DNA of 64,000 nucleotides from Escherichia coli (GTDB lineage Bacteria; Pseudomonadota; Gammaproteobacteria; Enterobacterales; Enterobacteriaceae): NCBI RefSeq assembly GCF_017348835.2, contig NZ_CP072317.1; one strand, 5' to 3'. Shown piece by piece: positions 53,935 to 64,000 of this stretch (position 1 is its first letter; each line of letters starts with the position of its first letter). The notes under the pieces were generated by a model. It saw only the letters and a program-made list of their open reading frames with translations, ran no database searches and was not told where the DNA came from. The position numbers and the translations under genes were made by a program.

Positions 53935-54192
53935 CAGGATGACCTTGTCGATTAATGAATTGGGGGGGATTACCGTATGACGTCAGGGTGACAGAACCCG
54001 CAGAGCAAGTGAAGAACTGGGTTTGCCAATTTTTCCCTATCCTGATTTACTGAAATGGTATTGACGGTAGTGCTGATATTCAGGCCACTTTTTTAGTTGA
54101 TAAAAGTCTGTAATTCTTTTTACCGTCTGGGAAAAATTTACGGTGGTAATCACCCCCCAATTATTTCAGTATGAGTAAACTTGGTCTGACAG

Positions 54193-55753
<1,561 letters not shown>

Positions 55754-56520
55754 ATCAATAAAGATAATGTCATAGCAAGAATCTGTGTAATAATCATCAA
55801 TATCGTCGCCATGAACGACGATAATTTGGCGATTGGTGTTTAGTAATTCAATTAGGATAGATTTATTGTAGTCGCTTAAAATTGTAGTCATTTAAATTAC
55901 TTCCTTTCTTTAAAAAAATTATTTTTTTAGGCGCTTTGGCTGGGTGCTTAATCTTTTAAAATCGAGTGAAGATTTATCCAAGATACGCACTTCGCTTTAG
56001 TTCCTAATTATTTTTTCAGTGTGCTTGGTGGTTTGCTTGGTTATAAAAAAGTGGAGAGATTAAAAAGCTGCAAGGGCGATCTATGATCGTGCATTTACCC
56101 TTGCGGTCTTTTTTGAACGAACTATAACCAGAAAAAGCAAAGCCCTTAGCACACTAAAATATTAGGTACGTCAAGCGGTATCTTGGATAGTAAAATCGAA
56201 CGGAAAAAAAGCACTTGATATACTTATCAAGTGCTTTCCTAGCCTTTATGTTCGTAAATAAACCACTTGTAACTTGTAACTTTTTTCATGTTACAAGTTA
56301 CCACTCGTGGTAGTTACCACAAAGCCACATGTTAACATTAAATAATGTTAAGCATTTCATGGAAAAGCTTTTCTATAATCTTTAAGGCTTCTTGTGTACT
56401 TCTTGCTAGTCTAGGGACCTCTTTAGCTCCTTGGAAGCTGTCAGTAGTATACCTAATAATTTATCTACATTCCCTTTAGTAACGTGTAACTTTCCAAATT
56501 TACAAAAGCGACTCATAGAA

Positions 56521-57258
56521 TTATTTCCTCCCGTTAAATAATAGATAACTATTAAAAATAGACAATACTTGCTCATAAGTAACGGTACTTAAATTGTTTA
56601 CTTTGGCGTGTTTCATTGCTTGATGAAACTGATTTTTAGTAAACAGTTGACGATATTCTCGATTGACCCATTTTGAAACAAAGTACGTATATAGCTTCCA
56701 ATATTTATCTGGAACATCTGTGGTATGGCGGGTAAGTTTTATTAAGACACTGTTTACTCTTGGTTTAGGATGAAAGCATTCCGCTGGCAGCTTAAGCAAT
56801 TGCTGAATCGAGACTTGAGTGTGCAAGAGCAACCCTAGTGTTCGGTGAATATCCAAGGTACGCTTGTAGAATCCTTCTTCAACAATCAGATAGATGTCAG
56901 ACGCATGGCTTTCAAAAACCACTTTTTTAATAATTTGTGTGCTTAAATGGTAAGGAATATTCCCAACAATTTTATACCTCTGTTTGTTAGGGAATTGAAA
57001 CTGTAGAATATCTTGGTGAATTAAAGTGACACGAGTATTCAGTTTTAATTTTTCTGACGATAAGTTGAATAGATGACTGTCTAATTCAATAGACGTTACC
57101 TGTTTACTTATTTTAGCCAGTTTCGTCGTTAAATGCCCTTTACCTGTTCCAATTTCGTAAACGGTATCGGTTTCTTTTAAATTCAATTGTTTTATTATTT
57201 GGTTGAGTACTTTTTCACTCGTTAAAAAGTTTTGAGAATATTTTATATTTTTGTTCAT
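56521..57258 (-). CDS. erm(B): Erm(B) 23S rRNA adenine N6-methyltransferase
   Basis: 245 aa from [12 protein letters not shown]; low-GC Gram-positive-type flanking DNA. Confidence 0.95.
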   Translation of the reverse strand: MNKNIKYSQNFLTSEKVLNQIIKQLNLKETDTVYEIGTGKGHLTTKLAKISKQVTSIELDSHLFNLSSEKLKLNTRVTLIHQDILQFQFPNKQRYKIVGNIPYHLSTQIIKKVVFESHASDIYLIVEEGFYKRTLDIHRTLGLLLHTQVSIQQLLKLPAECFHPKPRVNSVLIKLTRHTTDVPDKYWKLYTYFVSKWVNREYRQLFTKNQFHQAMKHAKVNNLSTVTYEQVLSIFNSYLLFNGRK

Positions 57259-57383
57259 GTAATTTACTCCTGAAGTGATTACATCTATAAACAAATACAG
57301 AAGTTAAACGATTTGTTTGTAATTTTAGTTATCTGTTTAAAAAGTCATAAGATTAGTCACTGGTAGGAATTAATCTAACGTAT

Positions 57384-57479
57384 TTATTTATCTGCGTAAT
57401 CACTTTTTTTAGTCTGTTTCAAAACAGTAGATGTTTTATCTACATAACGCATTTGATAACGCATTTGGAATACCAACAT
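57384..57479 (-). CDS. ermBL: erm(B) leader peptide ErmBL, variant with internal 12-nt tandem duplication
   Basis: Manual translation MLVFQMRYQMRYVDKTSTVLKQTKKSDYADK; canonical leader recalled as MLVFQMRNVDKTSTVLKQTKNSDYADK. Confidence 0.65.
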   Translation of the reverse strand: MLVFQMRYQMRYVDKTSTVLKQTKKSDYADK

Positions 57480-57550
57480 GACGAATCCCTCCTTCTTAAT
57501 TACAAATTTTTAGCATCTAATTTAACTTCAATTCCTATTATACAAAATTT

Positions 57551-58370
57551 GGCACTGTTGCAAATAGTCGGTGGTGATAAACTTATCATCCCCTTTTGCT
57601 GATGGAGCTGCACATGAACCCATTCAAAGGCCGGCATTTTCAGCGTGACATCATTCTGTGGGCCGTACGCTGGTACTGCAAATACGGCATCAGTTACCGT
57701 GAGCTGCAGGAGATGCTGGCTGAACGCGGAGTGAATGTCGATCACTCCACGATTTACCGCTGGGTTCAGCGTTATGCGCCTGAAATGGAAAAACGGCTGC
57801 GCTGGTACTGGCGTAACCCTTCCGATCTTTGCCCGTGGCACATGGATGAAACCTACGTGAAGGTCAATGGCCGCTGGGCGTATCTGTACCGGGCCGTCGA
57901 CAGCCGGGGCCGCACTGTCGATTTTTATCTCTCCTCCCGTCGTAACAGCAAAGCTGCATACCGGTTTCTGGGTAAAATCCTCAACAACGTGAAGAAGTGG
58001 CAGATCCCGCGATTCATCAACACGGATAAAGCGCCCGCCTATGGTCGCGCGCTTGCTCTGCTCAAACGCGAAGGCCGGTGCCCGTCTGACGTTGAACACC
58101 GACAGATTAAGTACCGGAACAACGTGATTGAATGCGATCATGGCAAACTGAAACGGATAATCGGCGCCACGCTGGGATTTAAATCCATGAAGACGGCTTA
58201 CGCCACCATCAAAGGTATTGAGGTGATGCGTGCACTACGCAAAGGCCAGGCCTCAGCATTTTATTATGGTGATCCCCTGGGCGAAATGCGCCTGGTAAGC
58301 AGAGTTTTTGAAATGTAAGGCCTTTGAATAAGACAAAAGGCTGCCTCATCGCTAACTTTGCAACAGTGCC
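57551..58370 (+). mobile_element. IS26 copy 3
   Basis: 820 bp with IS26 terminal repeats. Confidence 0.95.
57614..58318 (+). CDS. tnpA: IS26 transposase Tnp26
   Basis: 234 aa, Gly in KLKRIIGATLGFK. Confidence 0.95.
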   Translation: MNPFKGRHFQRDIILWAVRWYCKYGISYRELQEMLAERGVNVDHSTIYRWVQRYAPEMEKRLRWYWRNPSDLCPWHMDETYVKVNGRWAYLYRAVDSRGRTVDFYLSSRRNSKAAYRFLGKILNNVKKWQIPRFINTDKAPAYGRALALLKREGRCPSDVEHRQIKYRNNVIECDHGKLKRIIGATLGFKSMKTAYATIKGIEVMRALRKGQASAFYYGDPLGEMRLVSRVFEM

Positions 58371-58929
58371 AAAAATAGTCCTTCAGTGGGACGAAATGAT
58401 CCGGACCGCTGGCTCCCTGAAGCTGGGCAAAGTACAGGCTTCAGTGCTGGTCCGTTCATTGCTGAAAAGTGAACGTCCTTCCGGACTGACTCAGGCAATC
58501 ATTGAAGTGGGGCGCATCAACAAAACGCTGTATCTGCTTAATTATATTGATGATGAAGATTACCGCCGGCGCATTCTGACCCAGCTTAATCGGGGAGAAA
58601 GTCGCCATGCCGTTGCCAGAGCCATCTGTCACGGTCAAAAAGGTGAGATAAGAAAACGATATACCGACGGTCAGGAAGATCAACTGGGCGCACTGGGGCT
58701 GGTCACTAACGCCGTCGTGTTATGGAACACTATTTATATGCAGGCAGCCCTGGATCATCTCCGGGCGCAGGGTGAAACACTGAATGATGAAGATATCGCA
58801 CGCCTCTCCCCGCTTTGCCACGGACATATCAATATGCTCGGCCATTATTCCTTCACGCTGGCAGAACTGGTGACCAAAGGACATCTGAGACCATTAAAAG
58901 AGGCGTCAGAGGCAGAAAACGTTGCTTAA
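58371..58929 (+). pseudogene. tnpA: Tn2/Tn3-family transposase, 3' end only (5' part removed by IS26)
   Basis: Translation ends VTNAVVLWNTIYMQAALDHLRAQGETL...EAENVA with stop inside the terminal repeat; ORF-track start at 58324 lies inside IS26. Confidence 0.8.
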
Positions 58930-58962
58930 CGTGAGTTTTCGTTCCACTGAGCGTCAGACCCC
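58925..58962. repeat. 38-bp Tn3-family terminal inverted repeat
   Basis: CTTAACGTGAGTTTTCGTTCCACTGAGCGTCAGACCCC. Confidence 0.9.
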
Positions 58963-59425
58963 AATACGTGCGCAACAACCGTCTTCCGGAGCCTGTCATA
59001 CGCGTAAAACAGCCAGCGCTGGCGCGATTTAGCCCCGACGTATCCCCACTGTTCGTCCATTTCCGCGCAGACGATGACGTCACTGCCCGGCTGTATGCGC
59101 GAGGTTACCGACTGCGGCCTGAGTTTTTTAAATGGCGGAAAATCGTGTTGAGGCCAACGCCCATAATGCGGGCGGTTGCCCGGCATCCAACGCCATTCAT
59201 GGCCATATCAATGATTTTCTGGTGCGTACCGGGTTGAGAAGCGGTGTAAGTGAACTGCAGTTGCCATGTTTTACGGCAGTGAGAGCAGAGATAGCGCTGA
59301 TGTCCGGCGGTGCTTTTGCCGTTACGCACCACCCCGTCAGTAGCTGAACAGGAGGGACAGCTGATAGAAACAGAAGCCACTGGAGCACCTCAAAAACACC
59401 ATCATACACTAAATCAGTAAGTTGG
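58963..59425 (-). mobile_element. IS1 left portion (IRL plus insA and start of insB), same orientation as the fragment at 51264
   Basis: IS1 left end GGTGATGCTGCCAACTTACTGAT (reverse complement) at 59403-59425; insA at 59105..59380. Confidence 0.85.
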
Positions 59426-59628
59426 CAGCATCACCGGAACTTCAAAACTGCGCAAAACACGCAAATACGCACAAGAAAGTAGGGCTGCGCTTGGAATTCG
59501 GAAAATAAACCACATCAAAACTACTTTTTAGCCAAATAACGTTTGGGAATCACCAGAATGGTGGGACAACAGCGGTTTTAGTGCCCTAAATCGTACGTTT
59601 TCATCCAGTTGCCCCTCAAACCCCATGT

Positions 59629-59961
59629 TCAAGTCAGAATAGTGGACAGGCGGCCAAGAACTTCGTTCATGATAGTCTCCGGAACCCGTTCGAGTCGTTT
59701 TCCGCCCCGTGCTTTCATATCAATTGTCCGGGGTTGATCGCAACGTACAACACCTGTGGTACGTATGCCAACACCATCCAACGACACCGCAAAGCCGGCA
59801 GTGCGGGCAAAATTGCCTCCGCTGGTTACGGGCACAACAACAGGCAGGCGGGTCACGCGATTAAAGGCCGCCGGTGTGACAATCAGCACCGGCCGCGTTC
59901 CCTGCTGCTCATGACCTGCGGTAGGATCAAGCGAGACAAGCCAGATTTCCCCTCTTTCCAT
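59629..59961 (-). CDS. pemK: PemK/Kid (MazF-family) endoribonuclease toxin
   Basis: 110 aa from MERGEIWLVSLDPTAG within ORF 59629..60093. Confidence 0.93.
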   Translation of the reverse strand: MERGEIWLVSLDPTAGHEQQGTRPVLIVTPAAFNRVTRLPVVVPVTSGGNFARTAGFAVSLDGVGIRTTGVVRCDQPRTIDMKARGGKRLERVPETIMNEVLGRLSTILT

Positions 59962-59962
59962 G

Positions 59963-60220
59963 TCAGATTTCCTCCTGACCAGTCGCCGGTGCATCCAGCC
60001 ATTCTCGTTCTTCAGCTGATATTTCAGCATTCGGATCACACTGTGCCAGTAGCTCAGCCAGTGAATATTGCGGGCGTCTGTACGGCTCAACAATCAGCCG
60101 GCCATTATCAATGACCATGCCAACTTCATTATCTGTGCCCAGAGACAGCGCATTCAGCAGTGCCGGTGGGACGGTCAGCATAACTGAGCCGCCAACCCTC
60201 TTCAGTCGGGTGGTATGCAT
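59963..60220 (-). CDS. pemI: PemI/Kis antitoxin
   Basis: 85-aa ORF immediately upstream of pemK. Confidence 0.93.
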   Translation of the reverse strand: MHTTRLKRVGGSVMLTVPPALLNALSLGTDNEVGMVIDNGRLIVEPYRRPQYSLAELLAQCDPNAEISAEEREWLDAPATGQEEI

Positions 60221-60312
60221 TCTTCACCTCCATAAAAGTTATATTTAAATATAACATCCACTAAAAAAACACACCAGGCTTTAACGCACAATGTTTAATA
60301 AAAATATAACTT

Positions 60313-60966
60313 TCAACCAAACAGTAAACCCAGCGTGGTTGCTTCCATATGCAGCAATACCGGCAGCAGCAGGCCACCACTTCTGATCCTGGCCACTGAT
60401 GTAATCAACCCCACCAGGAACAGTTCTGCCAGTGTCAGCAGGTTCTGATACTGGCTGTGCGCGGCGACGAACAACAACGACGTTATCAGCGCCCCCAGCC
60501 ACATCGTCCAGCAGTACCGTGAACGGAAGACGTTCAGCATAATCCCCCGGAACAGCGTTTCCTCATTCAACGGGGCAAGGATAAAGATGGTCAGCAACGT
60601 CAGGATCACGTCAGGTATGGACTTATCGGCAAAAAGTTTCGTCATAAATGGCTCAGCAGGCAGAGCCAGCGCCTTACCGAGCAGAAATACACCGACATAC
60701 ACCACGGCCATCGCACCGACCAGCCACGGTACGCCAACGTTGCGCAGCTGACCAACGACCGGTAGCGGAGCTATCCAACGGCGGTATACCAGGAAAACAC
60801 ACAGCAGGTACATCAGAACAGTACCATGACTGAAGAACAAATAGTTTTTTCCTGATCCATAAAGCAGAACGGCCTGCTCCATGACAAATCTGGCTCCCCA
60901 ACTAATGCCCCATGCAGCCAGCATAACCAGCATAAACTGCAGATATTGATTACGTGTTTGAATCAT
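60313..60966 (-). CDS. CPBP-family (CAAX-type) intramembrane metalloprotease
   Basis: 217-aa polytopic ORF with EETLFRG and AAHSQY motifs. Confidence 0.7.
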   Translation of the reverse strand: MIQTRNQYLQFMLVMLAAWGISWGARFVMEQAVLLYGSGKNYLFFSHGTVLMYLLCVFLVYRRWIAPLPVVGQLRNVGVPWLVGAMAVVYVGVFLLGKALALPAEPFMTKLFADKSIPDVILTLLTIFILAPLNEETLFRGIMLNVFRSRYCWTMWLGALITSLLFVAAHSQYQNLLTLAELFLVGLITSVARIRSGGLLLPVLLHMEATTLGLLFG

Positions 60967-61599
60967 TGCATCGCCTGTAAATTTTTAACTTGTCCTATTT
61001 TTGTCATTACCACGTATATACACATGTATAACAATTCAGATATCGTTACCAGGATATGCCGCATCAGCGGCATGGAAGGCGGCACTCTGTTGTTTCATAT
61101 GATACAGGAGTAAAACCGCCGAAGCCCGGCGTAAGCCGGTACTGATTGATAGATTTCACCTTACCCATCCCCAGCCCTGCCAGACCATACCCGCTTTCAG
61201 CCATGAGAGAGCTTCTGTGCGCGGTCGGAGTGGTCCCGACGAGGGTTTACCCGAAGTCGGGGCGTATCTCCGCGTTAGCGGGCCGTGAGGGCCGCTTACG
61301 AGCGTGTACTGAGAACTTCCAGCGAGAAGACTGACAGCGATGAAGATGTAGTTACAACATTCATAATTAAAAGCGACTCTGTTCCGGCCCTTTGGGCCGG
61401 GGCGGGGCCGCTTTTCAGTTATGAGGGAGGGGCTTTGTGGTTTCGGTTCTGCGCTGGACCGGGGTTTTTCTGGAGGTTGTTTTTGTGTGTTGTAACTAAA
61501 GTGGCTCCGGTCGGGGCCCGCCGCTTGCGGTGGGAGGTGCATATCTGTCTGTCCACAGGACAGGCAGTGAATAGGTTTTCTTTTTAAATGAATGTAATT

Positions 61600-61900
61600 A
61601 AGTAGTTTAAAGGAGATATAAACAGGTGTTTAAAAGATACATTGCACCCTGTAAGACTGGCGGCTGGCGCTTTATGACATGAACGGTTGTAACCTTATGG
61701 GGAAGTCCCTTGCAGTTAAATGTGGATAAGCAAAATTCCCCGTCTGTGAGGCGTGTTTTGTATCGAAAACAGGGGGGGCCGGATGCACCAGAAGCTGGAT
61801 GATGAGGTTGTTTTTTGTATGTGGTGCTGATTTTTTGTGCGCTGTCGGGCTTCAGACGTGCGGAAGCCTCCGGCGCAGGCCGGATTATTCAGAGGAGGTC
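61600..61900. other. oriR: RepFIIA vegetative origin region (oriR) with DnaA box
   Basis: TTATCCACA on the minus strand at 61721-61729, directly downstream of repA1. Confidence 0.5.
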
Positions 61901-61904
61901 ACTT

Positions 61905-62762
61905 TCAGGGGGAAGCTGTGGCCAGCCGGCTGTAATTACGGTTACGTGACAGAATCATGCGCTCCTTCACACGACGCTCAACTTCGCGTTTTACCGCCTC
62001 ACGATTGGCAGTGAAGCGCCCTTCCGCGATTTCGCGCGTCAGCTGCCGTTTCACCAGGGTGACAATATCCTGACGTTCCCTGTCCGCATCACGACGCGCA
62101 CGGGCACGCTTTATTCCCCGGGACTTAAGCTCTGTCTGATAACTGCGAAAACGCTCACGAACAAAACGCCAGGCTTTCGCTATCAGTTCATCCATGCCCA
62201 GGGTATCCAGCCCCTGCTTTTTGCGTTGTTTGTTTTCCCATACCACACGGCTGCGGCGCGCGGCGGCCACTGCCTCCTCTGATACATCGAGGGCAGCAAA
62301 CAGTGCAGATGTGAACGTGATATCGGTCGGAATGTAGCACCCGATAAGCGGGTCATATTCCGTCTGGTAGGTAATCAGTCCCAGCTCTGACAGGAACGTC
62401 AGGGCCCGGGTGGCACGGGTGATGGAGAGTTTTCCGGCAGCAGACTCCGTCGCCAGTCCGCACTCAATGGCCAGCGTGGTGATGGAGCACTGGACGCGGT
62501 TGGCCAGCGGGTCATAGTGGAAACACAGCCCCTGCAGGAGCGCATCAATAGCCCGTCGACGCAGCACTGGTGGCATGCGTCGACGCAGACCACGCGAACG
62601 GGCATGCGCCACATGAATGGCGAAATCAAAACGGGAAGTGAAGCCCACCGCCTTTTCCATCAGTTTTTCGCAGAACTTCAGCGTTCCTGCACCTTCACGG
62701 GGTGTAAACACCGGATTCGGGTTCTTTACCTGGCGGTAATACGTTTGGTGAAGATCAGTCAC
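61905..62762 (-). CDS. repA1: RepA1 replication initiator (IncFII)
   Basis: ORF 61905..62774; start set at the codon before [10 protein letters not shown] (probable GTG) to give 285 aa. Confidence 0.92.
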
Positions 62763-62841
62763 ACCATCCTGCACTTACAATGCGCAGAAGGAGCGAGCAC
62801 AGAAAGAAGTCTTGAACTTTTCCGGGCATATAACTATACTC

Positions 62842-62932
62842 CCCGCATAGCTGAATTGTTGGCTATACGGTTTAAGTGGGCCCCGGTAATCTTTTCGTAC
62901 TCGCCAAAGTTGAAGAAGATTATCGGGGTTTT
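62842..62932 (+). ncRNA. copA: CopA antisense RNA (approximate 5' end)
   Basis: Between copB and repA1 on the opposite strand; hairpin 62878-62927 followed by a T-run. Confidence 0.45.
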
Positions 62933-63066
62933 TGCTTTTCTGGCTCCTGTAAATCCACATCAGAACCAGTTCCTTGCCACCTTACGGCGTGGCCAGCCAC
63001 AAAATTCCTTAAACGATCAGTAATCTAGCACTAATCTTCTGAACACTCAAGAATGTAAGCCCATCA

Positions 63067-63321
63067 TCACATGCATCGTTTTTGCGCTTCACTTTTTATC
63101 AGTGCGGTCAGAACTTCAGCCTGAGTCAGACCATCTTCATGACACATTTGCATGAGCATGGCCTTATACTTTGGTTCAAGAAATACTTTTACTTCCTTGA
63201 ACGAAGCTCTTTTACGGGCCACTGATAATCTTTGTTTCTCTGCATCAGAAAGCGGATTCCCCTTTCTGTATGCTCGTTTTGCGCCAGATGAGGAAGTCAC
63301 TGCATTTTCTGTCTGCGACAT
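63067..63321 (-). CDS. copB: CopB/RepA2 transcriptional repressor of repA
   Basis: 84-aa basic ORF starting MSQTENAVTSS, upstream of repA1. Confidence 0.85.
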   Translation of the reverse strand: MSQTENAVTSSSGAKRAYRKGNPLSDAEKQRLSVARKRASFKEVKVFLEPKYKAMLMQMCHEDGLTQAEVLTALIKSEAQKRCM

Positions 63322-63487
63322 CTCGCCTCCTCAATACTCAAACAGGGATCGTTTCGCAGAGGATACTACAGTTTTTTGAAATCAGCGACTTGAGAATTGT
63401 GACGAAGATCTGTGTTGGCGCACAAATCAACGGGGATTACTGTCGTTTAATGTGATTTAAACTGTGAAATAGTATGGTTTTCAGTTA

Positions 63488-63567
63488 TTGAAACGCCGGG
63501 AGCGGGGAAAACTTGCTTTTTCCCGTTTCCGGGGTTGGACAACTGAGCAACGCGAAGGCGTCAGCTA
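63488..63567. repeat. conserved ~75-bp element, copy B
   Basis: Homologous flanks to copy A at 7416-7490 around a different hairpin. Confidence 0.6.
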
Positions 63568-63944
63568 CGATGTTCCGGGGACTGCTGATCAGCCCCTGTT
63601 GTATTCAGCCATTCTCCGGTCATCTGCAGCAGTTTTCTGGCATCGTGGCTTCTGAGCAACGGAATACCAGCCTGCCTCAGAACCTCTTCCAGAAGAATAT
63701 CCCGGCGTCTGCGTTCCGGTCGTAAATGGCTGGCATCATCCAGCTCTACTGCTGCAACAATACTGAACGAACGCCGCTCAACGATAACCACATCAACATG
63801 CCACTGAGACACCATCCTGAATAACTGCCACCACTGGCGTGATCGTGGCCGGATATTCCCGTTCAGCTGGACGATATCCGCGACCCGTACCTGCGGACAC
63901 AGATACCACCGCTTCATATCCACAATTCTGAACAGTCCTTTCAT
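63561..63944 (-). CDS. hypothetical protein upstream of copB
   Basis: 127-aa ORF. Confidence 0.4.
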   Translation of the reverse strand: MKGLFRIVDMKRWYLCPQVRVADIVQLNGNIRPRSRQWWQLFRMVSQWHVDVVIVERRSFSIVAAVELDDASHLRPERRRRDILLEEVLRQAGIPLLRSHDARKLLQMTGEWLNTTGADQQSPEHRS

Positions 63945-64000
63945 AAAACTGACTTCCCTTTCTGTCAGCAGCGTCTTCTGACGTTGCCAGTATTCACCGC

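Noticed and set aside
58324-58929. 201-aa ORF beginning [16 protein letters not shown]
   Set aside because: The first 16 codons are IS26 terminal sequence; the real feature is a 5'-truncated Tn2/Tn3 tnpA remnant starting at 58371.
61156-61542. 128-aa minus-strand ORF downstream of oriR
   Set aside because: Pro/Arg/Gly-rich translation in a GC-rich stretch of the replicon region; no start context; could correspond to a repA4-like region but coding is not supported.

Overview
The window is one contiguous piece of an F-like (IncFII, R100/R1-type) conjugative resistance plasmid, read by eye from the sequence and the ORF track; all family assignments are from recalled protein similarity, with no database search run. 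Layout, left to right: (1) 1-31482, the tra operon on the minus strand, from the 5' part of traI (running off the window start) through traD, traT, traS, traG, traH, trbF/J/B, traQ, trbA, traF, trbE, traN, trbC, traU, traW, trbI, traC, traR, traV, trbG, traP, traB, traK, traE, traL, traA, traY, traJ (with antisense finP) and traM, plus several AT-rich unassigned ORFs inserted between core genes. (2) about 31600-31870, oriT with an R100-type nic motif on the + strand, so the + strand is the transferred strand. (3) 31898-47232, the leading region: orf169 transglycosylase, hok/mok, psiA, psiB, a ParB-like gene split by a 50-bp IS10-end palindrome, ssb, a KlcA/ArdB-like antirestriction gene, two orphan DNA methyltransferases and many unassigned ORFs, nearly all on the minus strand. 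These operons are punctuated by three copies of a ~650-bp Frpo/ssi-like repeat and two further long imperfect hairpins, each just 5' of a minus-strand operon; this is the most interesting part. (4) 47570-49064, parC-parM-parR partition locus. (5) 51264-59425, a resistance island embedded in a split IS1: three IS26 copies, truncated ISEcp1, a blaCTX-M-3-like gene (Asp240, 127-bp spacer), orf477, truncated blaTEM, erm(B) with an altered leader peptide, and a truncated Tn2/Tn3 tnpA. (6) 59629-63944, pemIK, a CPBP-family protease, the RepFIIA replicon (oriR DnaA box, repA1, copA, copB) and one unassigned ORF. No rRNA, tRNA or CRISPR array was seen.
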